A DNA stretch of 64,000 nt from Lytechinus pictus (lineage: Eukaryota): contig NC_087246.1 of assembly GCF_037042905.1 (NCBI RefSeq), positions 52,576,001 to 52,640,000 of the forward strand. The letters are read 5' to 3'. Both the position numbers and the translations under genes were made by a program. Below are positions 1-12,948 of this stretch, one piece after another. Every line of letters starts with the position of its first letter. Position 1 is the first letter of the stretch. Under the pieces are notes generated by a model. That model did not search any database, was not told the origin of the DNA, and saw only the letters and a program-made list of their open reading frames with translations.

Positions 1-104
1 ACTTGTTAATTGAGGGGTGCATTTTTAGAACATGGAAAATACTTGTTTAGGGTGCTTTTAGAAAGCCCATGGTATCTACTCGTCAATGGAAGTGGCCCCC
101 CTGG
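1..104. repeat. End of an interspersed repeat (terminus ATGGAAGTGGCCCCCCTGG)
   Basis: Resembles the terminus of a common echinoid repeat; recognised by pattern only, other end outside the window. Confidence 0.35.
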
Positions 105-1929
105 GATGTCAGCCTTGAAGCCCTCATCAAGGTATATGTATGGTGTGAAGCGCTCAGTGACACCCCTGGAATATATGGTGTTAAAAAGTAATCTTTTGTT
201 GAACCCTTAAAGAGTGAATATTCATGAACTAGGCAGCTATACTTGTTTATAGGGAAAGTGAGTTTCACTTTACATGTGATTATGTAGGTTAAAGTGTTAT
301 TAAGAAGCAATGGTCCATCTGAAATTAATGTCGCTTTGGATCTGTAGGCAGGAACTGTTTTTGAATTACAACTTCCACATGGCCTTGTGCCACTCTGTCA
401 AGTTTCACAAATAACAGAACAGAATTTCATTTGCAATGGGTGGGAGAATGTTTCAATTAGCTATTGTTTAGATAAGAATGCAAGGCAGAAAAGAGAAATA
501 AATCTTAAATCTGCTTATTTTTAAGATACCTATGATGCATCCATTATGAGGTTGTTGTTTTTTTGGGGGGGAGGAGTCAATATTGTTCTTGGCTCAAATC
601 ACCATATTGAGTCTGTCTGAAAAGACAAGCATTTTCAAATTTTCCAGAAAGTTCCAGTGTCAACCCTTTGCCTATAGGCATCTTACAAGTAGGCCTATAT
701 CCCATAATAATAATTATCATCTATATAGAGCTTTTTTAGCGATGCATTAAAGACACATATTTTGGTCTGCATCAATTGCCCGTGAAGTATCAGAGCGTAT
801 CCCTAAAAAGGACCAAAAACCGATGAATATTCCATAGGCCATTTGCCATTGAATATGAGACCTTATTCAATAGTCTTAAGTGCGCATGTGCGAATGCAAG
901 AAATATACAACTCGTACAACAATGAAAGCAATGCGATGCGCAGCATAGAGCACAGTGACACTTGATGACGTCATAATGAACTACACGTAAGTCACATGTC
1001 AACGACAAAATTTATCCTAATGAAGTGATGATGCCGTAATGTGATAAGTGATATGACTTGTTCAACCAAATTTCTCCCTCTTTTTTTTTGGAGGGGGTGG
1101 GATAGATGATAATAATTGTATTGGATGGCTTATTTCATGGAATACCAGAAAAATGTCACTTGTTAGGGCCAATATTCCACTCATCTGCGATTCTTGGAAT
1201 ATTTGCCCAAACTCTTGGAATATTTCTGGTATTCCATTCTGAGCCATCCAATATAATATAATTATCACCAGTGATCTGGGTGTTTCACACTGCATCCCTC
1301 AAACTTGTTAACATGCCCACCAATCAGAAGGCATGGTGCAACCTGGGTGAAGGTTTTAAAATGCGATCCAATAAAAATGAATCTGAACACCTTTAACTTG
1401 ATCAACCACTCAGAATTTTGGTATCGTCCACGAGCCGTGACCATTGGCAATTTGAGAATCTAGATCTAGACCTTGAGTTTTGGATGGCGCCCCTGAATGA
1501 TCTCTGACATGAACCCGGCCTTCCACATTGACATGAAGAAGGGAAGACAGTGTTTACTACCAACGCTTCCTCTCTTCTAGATTCAAGGTTATTCCATAGT
1601 TAAATCAAAGTCAATTGAGGGCCATGAACTGCCCAATTGAAAAACCTGAAGCATTTAATGACTATTGAGGCAGAACAGGTCAGAACTGAAGAAAAACAAT
1701 GAACATAAAATTCCAAGCTGTTTTACTTTTTTTTCTGTTTTTTTGTTGTTGAACGTCTTTCTTTTATGGAATTGGCTATTCATTTGAATACATATCTTAA
1801 TAGAATCGTGTTGATTAACAATCTTATATAGTGAGGAACATCATTCAACAATCATCTAACAGTCCAAAACAGGCCTGAATTCACTTTAATTTGGGTGATA
1901 TTTCAGTTAAAGTATTTGTTTTCTTATCT

Positions 1930-3011
1930 AATAGTTGGCATTTATATAGCGCTTTATCAATCTACGACTGCTCAAAGCGGTTCACAATTATTATTACCCG
2001 GTCACTGGATTCATAGCATTTCAAGCAGCCTGTTAGGCGCACACTTGCTAAACCAACCACAATAATCAGGGTATTAATGGATAATTCGTTTTTCATTCCC
2101 GATCATCGCAGAGCAAAAACGGAAATCAACCTCATGGTTTGGTCTTTGAAAACAAAAAAACGAAATCACAACGAGAAAAACCTGTTGTGATTTCGTTTTT
2201 GGAGATCAAAAACAGAAGAATGAAGTCAGATATACTTTTGGGCTCTTTCTGATTTCTCATTCTATACTTGTGTTTGTTATATATCAAAAACAGAATCAGA
2301 ACACGCTTTCCGCTCCGTGATTCTGTTTGGAAAAATGCAGACAGCGAAAACGAAATCGGAAACTCTCTTTCCACTTCCTGATTTTGTTTTTTGCACAGCC
2401 AACAGCCATATCGAAATAAGTTTTCGATCGTTATACACACGTGCATGCAGTACATTGCATGCATGTTACGACCACGTGCAAAAAATTCACGTTAACATGG
2501 CTTTTTCCAGCGTTTTCGGACCTTCACGGAGCAGGAAGTGGAAAGCGAGTTTCCGATTTCGTTTTCGGTGTCTGCGTTTTTCCAAACAGAATCACGGAGC
2601 GGAAAGTGTGTTATGATTTTGTTTTTGATATATAACAAACACAAGTATAGAATGAGAAATCAGAAAGAGCCCAAAAGTATTTCTGATTTCATTCTTCTGT
2701 TTTTGATCTCCAAAAACGAAATCACAACAGGTTTTTCTCGTTGTGATTTTGTTTTTCTGTTTTCAAAGACCGAACCATGAGGTTGATTTCCGTTTTTGCT
2801 CTGCGATGATCGGGAATGAAAAACAAATTATCCATTAGTACCCTGATTCACAATGACGGTTGTTTCCTACCGGTACCCAATTAGCACCTGGGTGAGAGTG
2901 GCAAAGTGTGGATTGACGCCTTGCCAAAGGACGCTAGGCCATGGTGGGATTTGAACACAGGACCCTCTGATTACAAGACGAGAGTCAGAACCGCTACACC
3001 ACAACGCTTCC
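1930..3011 (-). mobile_element. tRNA-derived SINE, interrupted by a MITE
   Basis: Minus-strand head GGAAGCGTTGTGGTGTAGCGG...GTGTTCAAATCCC (A/B boxes) and tail ...AAAGCGCTATATAAATGCC; the same head recurs at 56566. Confidence 0.85.
2064..2848. mobile_element. Foldback MITE, ~317-bp inverted arms, 6-bp TSD CACAAT
   Basis: AATCAGGGTA...TACCCTGATT; arms 2064-2380 / 2532-2848 nearly identical; CACAAT at 2058-2063 and 2849-2854. Confidence 0.93.
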
Positions 3012-3109
3012 ACCAGTAGTTATCTGTATTAATTCTATTTTCACTGAAAATTGTACCGTCTTCACTCAGTTTCTATCCCTTTTCTCTTTCATGTTTTGAA
3101 ACTGCATAG

Positions 3110-3235
3110 TAAATGATGATGATGATTATGATAATTAGAATGGTATGTTAATTGATAGTAGTCATAATCATGTTCATTTTCATCATCATCAGGCCTGGTC
3201 ATAATGATTCTGCTAATGATGATGATGAGGATGGA
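3110..3235. repeat. Degenerate (GAT/CAT)n microsatellite
   Basis: Direct reading. Confidence 0.7.
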
Positions 3236-4379
3236 AAATACTGTTTTATGATATAAATTTCGAAAGTAAATTAACAGTTGTTAAAAAGATAATCATTTAT
3301 TAATTATCGTTTAGTCTAGAGAATACTTTCTTATACCCCCCGAGCAGTGGATGTCATCATTATTTTATGAAGAGTTGTGTCGGTATTTTCACTGACAATC
3401 TTTATAAGCTACTGAAAATTCTTGCACCTGACTGGCTGAGAACAAAATATTCAGTGAAAAATGCTGAAAACAATCTTTGTGAAATTTCCCCAGTTGTAGA
3501 AGTATATATTGTCTTCATAAGCACTGTTAGAATGGGATTCATGAGTGATGAATCTATATCATTTTGACTAGAATTTTCATGAAGTTTATAAACTTTAAAA
3601 ACTTTGAAGCCTGTACTTCACCAGACTGTATTCACCTTATAGTTTATGAATTCAAGTTCCTTTTTCCCCTTCTTTATGGGGGTTTGAAAAATCTTGGTAC
3701 TCATTGCTATCAGATGGTCCTTCATTTGTGAAAATCTTGTTTGCATAGATCTGAAATAAGTAACCACTGTGCATACAATGATAGACACTTGAATATCTGC
3801 ATCTCCACACTGTGAGAGGTGGTGAATGGTGATCATTAGTCTTGCTGCAAGTCTCAGGGTTTATTTTATTATAAGAGGATTCTTGTTAGATATCACTGAT
3901 GAAAATATCGCTTTCAGGAGGTACTGTGCAAGATCTTCAATGAGCACATATATTTGAACTTGTGTGGGGGAGTTGGGGACATGTACAGGCATTTTATCAT
4001 GTGGGAGGCAGTGAAACAATAACTAAGCCAGAGGTAGGGGGTACTTTAAAAATGATAAAAGGACATTGGAATGAAAATTGTGATGTTTCACCAAAAAAAT
4101 ATAGAATATTTTGCAAAAGGGAGGAAATGACTTTGGGAGATATGTTAGTGGATTGAAACAAATTACAGATCCTGGAAGGAAGGCTAGTCATCAATGCCAA
4201 GTCGAACCATCGCTGGATGTTTTAGGAATCGGGAGATAATGACTAGATTTGATATCTGACACACACAGAGAATGATTAACTTGAGGGTTATCTCTAGGTG
4301 GCTAAAGGACTGATTAAACAATTGAATATGCAAGTAGTGTTGAGGTATTATTATAGATATCTCAAAATATTGGAGGGGG

Positions 4380-4540
4380 ATGGGGAGCAAGAAAGAGATA
4401 GAGAAAGAAAGAGAAGTGGAGGACGATAGATAGAGAAGAAGCAAGGAGGGGGAGAGGAATATAAGAGGAGAGGAGGGAGAGGATTATAAGAGGAGAGGAG
4501 GGAGAGGACATTGAAAGAAGATAGATAGGTGGAGGTGTGA
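4380..4540 (+). repeat. Polypurine tract with a ~25-bp tandem duplication
   Basis: GAGAGGAWTATAAGAGGAGAGGAGG twice. Confidence 0.7.
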
Positions 4541-5079
4541 ATTTGAGGAATGGGATTTGACTGTGACGGACAGAAATTTTAAAAACTTTATTATGTTTTA
4601 TTGAAAATTTTCACAAAAGTTGCCAGAATTATGCACAAAATTCTTCAATTCAATATTAGAAAAAGCAAAATCGCCTCCATGACAAGCTCCGTAGCTTCGC
4701 TCCCTTGCTTTATGCATCAAACTTATCTTGTGAATTAATAGTGGTAGCCAGCACACAGCCCCTCTTTCATTCTTTTATTGAAAGTTGATGGACTGGTAGA
4801 TTATAAATAATACAACGCATTTTGTCAATGTGTAGGCCATATATATATGAAGGGCTCGTATATTGGCCTATAATAATCCAAACACATATATAGAAGTAGG
4901 CCAAATGCACTATACTTGTAGAGTATATTTGAGACTTTATTTGTTAGTAGAGTATTATAACGATGATGACCACTTGAACTATTTCATTAAGGCCTGGGAG
5001 ATCGTTCTCCTCCCCGTTATCTCTTGTTTACTTATTTTCATAAATTACTATTTTGTATATGTCAGTATCATATAGCCTT

Positions 5080-5469
5080 ATCACAAGAGGTCAAATGCTC
5101 TCCGCAAGTTCGCTGTTTACCGTGAGGATCATGTGACCGTGACATCACAGCCCCCACTTTACGAGGTAGGAAGCGAGAGATATCACAAATTGCGGTTGCT
5201 CCTGCATTTAAGTGTCAAGGCTGGAATTTGCTACCTGTAAAGTCGATAGTTCGCGCAGACATTGGACGGCGGGCTCATCAGCAAGGGTCTGAAGTCTCGG
5301 TCCGATTATCGTACCCACTTATCATCTGCGAAAAGGGCTTTTGGCGGAGCTTGTATTGGTCCAAATTCCTCCTTTTTTGCGGCTTTTGTTGTCTAGAGTC
5401 CTCCTAATAGACCTTTCGTCTCTAGACTTTCACCCCTTCAACGTCTTATTTATGTTTTTCGAATCAGAT
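5080..5469 (+). promoter_or_regulatory. Putative HNF4 promoter / 5' UTR
   Basis: Locally CpG-richer. Contains AGGTCA, Fox TGTTTAC, E-box CATGTGAC, GATA CTTATC, two ATTGG boxes and a DR1-like site (5423-5435), directly upstream of the candidate ATG exon. Confidence 0.5.
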
Positions 5470-5557
5470 ATGGCCGAGCCTTTCCAATTCCAAGGCTCAG
5501 GAAACCAGAAAGTGCCACCTGCGTTGCTATGGCAGGGAAAGATCATTAACGGTCCAG
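5470..5557 (+). CDS. HNF4: HNF4 probable first coding exon (MAEPFQFQGSGNQKVPPALLWQGKIINGP+G)
   Basis: ATG in GATATGG context after a motif-rich promoter-like region. Ends at donor CCAG|GTAATT in phase 1 (88 nt), matching the phase-1 acceptor of the DBD exon. The peptide itself is not recognisable, so the link is inferred. Confidence 0.6.
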
Positions 5558-8500
5558 GTAATTATTCTATGATGTCTCGTGATTAATCCTTTGCTTCCAT
5601 CATTCATGTCTATATTTTTTTTGCAGAAGCTCATGTATGTATCTAGCAAGAACAAAAGTGTTCATCAGCTCTGATTCAATTTTGTACCAGATTCCATCAT
5701 CGTCAAGTAAAAAAAAGCGATAAATTATCATACATGTGTAATCACTTTTTTTTGTGCATCTTTCATTTTCATCTGTGCCATTATCTATCACTAGTACTAT
5801 TCATCTCTTCATATTGTATTGCAGAGCTTTACGCCATCAGTGAAAATATACCGGTACTATCATTTTTATAATATCTTCTTTGCATTTCTACAAAGCTAAA
5901 CCAAGAGAATACCCAAAAAGGACATGAAAAGAGGGTTTCCATGAAAAAAACCCATTAAAGTAATCACCTTTATGATTGCATTAAGATGAATATAAAATAT
6001 GCATTCATCCTCAGTCAATTTTGATATTGAAGCAAAACTCATATGTGTCATGAATGAAAAATGATTATCAGTCTTTGACTTGGCTCATACAACTTGCAAA
6101 GCATTTCATCACATAGGCTATATTCTCATCATTTTGAGCATAGATCATCTGCCATATTTATCAAAAGACTGAATACAATGTATTCTTCATATGTGCCTCT
6201 TTATACCTGTCATGCAAGCAGCAAGATGAGTTTTCTAGTAATTTTTTCACATCTTTTCATGCTTCATTATTTTTATTTTTTTATTTTAATATTTCAAAAG
6301 AAATTCTTTACATCAAAATGTTTCTTTGCAGTATAGATGTTCTGTTAAGTGAGCTTAATGTGATCTGTATTTCAAGATAACTTGGATTTATTTTTGTAGA
6401 ACCTTCCAGTTGCGAGGATGTTTGGCACTGCCCTTTATTAGGCTATGTTGAAAAACAAGTTCATTAGCAAAATTAATGCAAGTATTACTTGTAGATATTT
6501 ATACTCCCTTATTTTGTTGATGTTAAACCTAATTTGAAATTACATAAATACACATTTACCACAATCAACCCAGGTGTAATGAAGGTACATTTTGAGTAAA
6601 TAATTGCCTACAATATTGTTTTGCCATAGTGGCAACATGCTAAATCTGGGGTAATCACAACCAGGGATGTCAAATTTGACCAACATAAACACTGAAAAAG
6701 ACACCTCTATTATCTACTTGTATTTGTATATAATTATAATCATCCCATTAGCATCATCAGTATCATTTTCATTGACCTATACAAGAATTTCATTTTACCT
6801 ATGGCCCTTATGCTATGAAGACAACAACAAATGTTTTGGTCTGCAGACTTCTTTACTCCTCAATAATCATTCAAATATTATATCTCCATGAATCTTTGCA
6901 CTGCAAAACATTATGATCTATAATCTTTTAGAATATATTATATATATGGAAAAGGAACACTTTGCTAAACTTTAGTACAAGTCAAGGAAATGCTAATCAT
7001 ATTAATGATATTCTTGCTGTTTCAAGTTTTAGTTTTATCGCAGTGAATGGTCATTCATCTCATTTTAAGCTTTGAATTGCCAACGATTTATGTAAGCAAA
7101 AGTTTCTTTTTTCTGTCATCACTGATTGAAATAACCTGAAAATTGACAATATAAAATGTAGAGCATCTAGTGGTCTTAAGGTCTTAAAGGCTCTAGATTT
7201 TAGTCAGAGAAGATAATACAAATCACTTTATGTAAACTCGTTATAATATTATATTAATTTTTAGTCCTCTGGGTATTTCATATGAGTAACAAATAACTTT
7301 ACATACCACCTGGATATGGTTCGCCAACTTTGACTCTAAATCATTTTAAATTGCAAAGTTGTGTTGAAGTATGATCCAATGAAATAAATATTATTCTTGT
7401 GAATAACGGCTTAAATTTCCTTTTGCCACAATCTAAAATTGAAATTTATTGGAAATTCATACTTCACTGGAACATCGATTAAAGCTTTGGATGCATCCTG
7501 CTTCATATCGCAGTAAGTCACATGTTAGTTTGTGAATGGCTTAACTTAGCATCCTACAACAAGAATATGAATGCCTTACCTTAGAGAAGTAGTTCAATTA
7601 GTTTATGTTAGATGCTTGGTGTCCAGATGACAAGATCATTGCTTCGACAAAAGGTCTTTGAACTATTTATATCCTTTCCTGTATATTTCTCATTAATTCG
7701 TATTTCCCAGTCATTATTTCGAATTGTCTATAAAGGTTAAGTACATTTTGAAAGTGCAAGACCCTTTACAATTACTTTACTATATTATTTATAGCATGGT
7801 AACATCAAATCGAACAGTTTTTTGGGATACACTCACTACTATCATTATTCATCACCAACTGGGTCGTGTTTCATGATAGAAAATAAAGAACTTTGAATCG
7901 CTTTCCATCACCTTTGGAAGTCAGTGATGTCTAATTTAGTAGGCCCAAAGGTTAATTACTACAGCAATAATAACAATACAAAGGTCAGACTACTTCCTTT
8001 TAACACTTCAAAACTCTTTCATCTCAAGCATGAATGCATGTGGTCGGACATTAAACAATGTACTCAAAGGACATTGACCATTGACCGATCAATTATAACT
8101 GTCTGATCTCTAATTGCAATCAAGTTCAGCACTTGAGCACTACGCAATCCTGTTTATCCCCATAGGCAATTGGTAAAGTCGTACTGATACCAAGTATGAA
8201 TTCCTAAGAGTGAGGTGAAATTTGTGAAAGTAAATTTTGTTTGTTTCTCTTTTCATTTTATAGCGAAAGTAAAGATAAAAAAGTAAAATATGAAGAAAGG
8301 ATTGACAGTGTTAAGAATAAATAAAAGAAGAGAGATAATGAAATAAATTAAGAGCTGGCTCATTGGAATGATACTTCAGGAACATATTAGAAAAGAATCC
8401 TGCAAATTAAAAGGATATTTTGCCTCTTAATGCATGTCACAAATAAACACAAGTGGTGAACTATGAAACATTCAATATTCTATGTACTTATATTATTTGA

Positions 8501-8960
8501 AAATAAAAATTCTAAAAAAAAAAAAACTAAGATCGATTATCATAATCTATGAAACAATGGTATCTTGTGGAATTTTTATCACATGACACTTGAGGGGAGC
8601 TGGGCATATGTGACCTCACAAAATAAGCTTTTTGAAAATTCATCACTCTCTTTCTTTGATGGATTTTCGTCAAACCCTCAATAATTTTTTGCTCTTAAGT
8701 GAAACGAACTTGATGTCAGGTTTGACTTCCGCGAGAAGCTCTGTTTTCTTACAAGGTCATTGTCAAGGTCAATCAAGAAGTAGAAGCCATGTGGTAAAAA
8801 GGATATATCAGGATGGATGACTAAAAGCAGTCATAAGTTTGTGAGCACATCATTCATTTTATTACAATCAAAATCAAAAGACTTTTACCTCAATTTCCTT
8901 CAAACCATGCCAAATTATCAAATATATTAAATTAATTACATAATAAGTTTGTCTTATTTA

Positions 8961-9312
8961 GACCTCGGTCACATTTGCTCTACGGCGGCCGTACAGCGAG
9001 TCGAAAACAGCCGTTTTATTCATTTTTATTGGTGGTATTGTTGGTTATTTTTTACCTGATTGCTAAGAAAGCATGAATGCTTGTAAGCAAGCAACCAGAG
9101 GACCGACGGCTTAAGGTCCTCTCCGAAGGACCTGGTACTGAGGATTAATGCCTTACCAAAGGGCACTAGCGCACCAAGTGGGAATCGAACCCGGGTCACC
9201 GGAATACGAGTCCCCCGCTCAAACCATCTATATGTAGCTGGTACAAAAAAATGTTAAAACGGCTGTTTTCGACTCGCCGTACGGCCGCCGTAGAGCAAAT
9301 GTGACCGAGGTA
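8961..9312. mobile_element. PIF/Harbinger-type MITE (TTA TSD) containing a SINE
   Basis: ~57-bp TIR ACCTCGGTCACATTTGCTCTACGGCGGCCGTAC...; TTA at 8958-8960 and 9313-9315. Confidence 0.9.
9031..9220 (-). mobile_element. tRNA-derived SINE (second family), 5'-clipped
   Basis: B box GGTTCGATTCCC and body GGACCTTAAGCCGTCGGTCC; a related fragment lies at 39679-39745. Confidence 0.85.
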
Positions 9313-10776
9313 TTAGGAAACATCTATGTGATTTAGCTGCATAGATATGTGCAGGTTGATACCTGTTGAATAGCAACAGGCACCTGACTACATATCTGTA
9401 TTTGCAACTTGTATGTTTTCCCACATCCTTTACCCAAGGGAAATACAATGTTTGAATGTGTTGTTGAACATGAATAGTATCCCCCAAACCTGAATACCTT
9501 CGTCTATTATCTGTCTCTCTTTTACAACCTATTCATTCCCTACGAGTTTACCGCAACCCCCGAAGCAAGATTTGCACTTGAGAGCACACGGTCGCTGTAT
9601 CATGTCTAGGCTTATTTGAGATGGGACTGCATGGATGTGCACACATTCTGATCCGGCTTAATTTCAGCCATGTTTGGTGATTAATTGTTCCTGAGTCAAC
9701 CTATATCAGGTTCCTGATAGCTTGTCCATGGCCTATTGAGTTCTTTGGGAGGGGCATATAAAGCGATATCATATATGGGGGGGGGGGGGGTTATGATATC
9801 AGATGCACAGGTGTGTGAATGGTTACATTGACCCATTGTATACTTTTTCATTTCAGTGGAATGCATATTTTCCATAATTATATTGTACCCTACTTTAATG
9901 TATTTCAGGTGTAGATCTTGAAGCATTTAAAATAAACTTACTGCCACTAAATTTGAGGTTTGTCAGAAAAGGTAAACCCTGTTTGAATGGGAACAATAAC
10001 ACCTGAAGCTTTAGAGATGATACACACCTACCTACTGGATGTGCTTTTTTGGGTGATATTTTGATAGGTTAAAGTTAGTTTTCCTCCTAACCCCTCCCCT
10101 TTCCGTCAAATTTAGTGAGCAAATTTAGTGACTCATTGTATAGTAATTCTCATGGTGGTATATGACTGCTACACAAATCCTGCACACGTTTTTCTCAATA
10201 TTGCACAGTGGTCACGAATGGTTCTAGATGACATATGATTGCATGATTAGCCTCGAGCAGTCGGGCACTTAAATGGCATTTTAGTTTAATAAAACAGAAT
10301 TTAAAGAAGAACAAATTGTGTGAAACTTCTGCCCCTTATCCCCCTTCCTTATAGTTCCACCAATCACTAGATTCACCTATGTTTTTCCCCATTTCTTCGT
10401 TTCACGCCACGCCATGTTTGCACAACCCATTGGGTCTGGTTAGTGTTTAACTATTTATGATTGTTCTCTATTCTTATGCTAGTCTTTCATCTCAGTCCTC
10501 TTCAGCTGACCCTGATAATATTTATTGAAGATCATTAACCCTTCTCGCCTTGAAAATAGGAAAGCATAGGCCTACAGTGTATATATATTTCTGACTGGAG
10601 CTGAGCCTACATCAGTTTATCCTCACTAGAAGCTATCGTTTGAATATAAACCATTTTCTTGAATTGTGCTATTGAATTCTTATATTGATTGATCAGTTTC
10701 ATCTCTAGCAATGATCCTAGCTGTTATTTGGATGATGGACTTGCAATTAAAATAAAAACTACCACAAAAGGTGGTG

Positions 10777-11658
10777 CTGCACCATCCCGAGTTTGCTCAA
10801 TCTCGAGATTTTAGCCCGATCGGCTCACTTCGCGATTAATCTCGAGATTCAAGAAACCCCGTCTCCACCATCGCAAGAAGAGCGATTCCTGCTCGAGCGA
10901 GGCAACAAGCCCGATGTTACGAGCATGCGCACTTTCGGATCTTGGAGTTTCAACGGCCCGCGCTTTTGAATAACTTCCCGCGATATGCAAGCAATGTACT
11001 CCTTTCACTAGCACTTTCGCCGAATTCGACCGGTGTTATGCAACAATCCTCTCAGCTCAGCGAGTGAAGAAGTGATGTATTCTTCGTTAAATATGATGGC
11101 GGAGTAGGAGGCAACGACAGAGAGAGAGAGAGAGGGAGAGAAGGAGGAAAGAAATGCTATTTGCTCACATTTTGCGAAGGAATAAGACAACACTGCTGTC
11201 AGTGTTGTTATTGAATATGACCATCGTCGATGAGCGCCTCCCCCTTCGGTCTGGTCTCTCCCAAAATCCATTCACTGGTGGGACACCATCGTTGCTTATT
11301 AGGCAATTGATGAACGCTATTCGCATGTATAAAGTTGACTTTCGCACGTGTTTATGTTTTGACCAAGGCGGAAGTGGAACGCGAATTGCATTATGGACTG
11401 ACGTCATGAATAAATTACCCCGAGTCCAATCTCGAGTGCGTCTGCACCGACGAATTAGCGGGATAATTCGTAAAATAGCGCGCTATTTTGCAAATAAACC
11501 CGAGTTGACTTGGGATTGCAATCTCGAGATTAATCCTACGAACTAGCGCGATAATTGCGTCTCCACCGCCAACTTTCTCGAGATTTTTCAGATCGGGATA
11601 ATTTGCCGGATCAGAAATAGCGCGCTAATTTGAAAACTCGGGATGGTGCAGACGGCCC
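10777..11658 (+). mobile_element. Harbinger internal-deletion derivative with decayed transposase N-terminus
   Basis: TIR CTGCACCATCCCGAGTTT / AAACTCGGGATGGTGCAGACGGCCC followed by TAA; repeated ATCTCGAGAT motifs; remnant SVWSLPKSIHWWDTIV...NAIRMYKVDF. Confidence 0.8.
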
Positions 11659-12344
11659 TAATAAGTCACCTTTACATTATCTGTTTAACATGTATGAAAA
11701 ACAAGTGTGCATTCATATAGTCTTGATTTTGACAACCTAATAAGAAAGCTCACTATACTCAAACTATGTAGGTGTTCTAATTTAGAACCCAGAGTAGAAA
11801 AAAAAATTGTTATCATTTTTTCTTTTCTTCAAGTTTTTAAGGGTTTCTTTTTTCAAATAGACGTATGGAAGAGGGCATCGCTATAACATTGGGGTAGGCC
11901 TGTAACAGAAAAATATAATTTTTTAAAAATATAATAGGGTCTACTGTCTAATCTGATGGGTTTTTAATATCTGAAACAGTTTATTACCTGTGGCTTAACA
12001 TACAAATAAAAAATATGACTCACAAACACATACTGAACTGTGTCTGAACATAATAAATATACTTGTTGACTAATTTAATTTGGTTAAATATTTTTTGATT
12101 GTTGTGTCATTCTCACCATATGAATGTGTTTCTGAGCACTGTTTGATATAATAACTGCAGTCAAATCTCATTTACTGGTCAAAATTGTGGAAAAATTTTT
12201 TTTAATGTTATTTAATCAATTTTGTATGTTCAAAGTTTTATTCTTTGAAAATAGGTTCAGAAAATACAAAGGTTGCAAGATTACAATTCTTTATTGTTTT
12301 TCGACCATTTACATGAATATGGCTGTATAATAGTTTTCTATTAA

Positions 12345-12948
12345 AGGACAAGTCCACCCCAACAAAATGTTGATTTGAAAAAAAGGAGAAAAATCCAACA
12401 AGCAAAACACTGAAAATTTCATCAAAATTGGATGTAAAATAAGAAAGTTATGACATTTTAAAGTTTCGCTTAATTTCACAAAACAGTTATATGCACATCC
12501 TGGTCGGTATGCAAATTGGCAGACTGATGACGTCACCCACTCACTATTTCTTTTGTATTTTATTATATGAAATATGAAATATTCTAATTTTCTCCTCCTC
12601 ATCAAGTGAAACAAAGTTTTATTTCTCCCTGAACATGTGGAACTACCATTAATTTAACATTTTATGGTTAAATTAAGTTGATCCTTATTGTCAAATATGT
12701 AAAAATTGAAATATTGTATTATTCAAACAATAAAAAAAGAAAGAAATAGTGAGTGATGGACATCATCGACTATCTTATTTGCATATCACTGAGTTGTGCA
12801 TTGAATTTTTTTGTGAAAAATAAGCGAAACTTAAAAATGTCATAACTTTCTTATTTTACATCCGATTTTGATGAAATTTGCAGCGTTATTTTTGTTTGAT
12901 TTTTCTCTATCAATTCAAATCAACAATTTTCTGGGGTGGACTTGACCT
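12345..12948. mobile_element. TTAA-TSD MITE (Kolobok-like, AGG..CCT termini), copy 1
   Basis: TTAA|AGGACAAGTCCACCCC ... GGGGTGGACTTGACCT|TTAA; imperfect palindrome. Confidence 0.92.

Noticed and set aside
2132-2780. Mirror-image ORFs on both strands sharing RMRNQKEPKSISDF
   Set aside because: Artefact of the palindromic MITE arms; no domain recognised
2935-3011. tRNA-like sequences here and at 9165-9220 and 56566-56640
   Set aside because: SINE heads followed by SINE bodies; no proper acceptor stem
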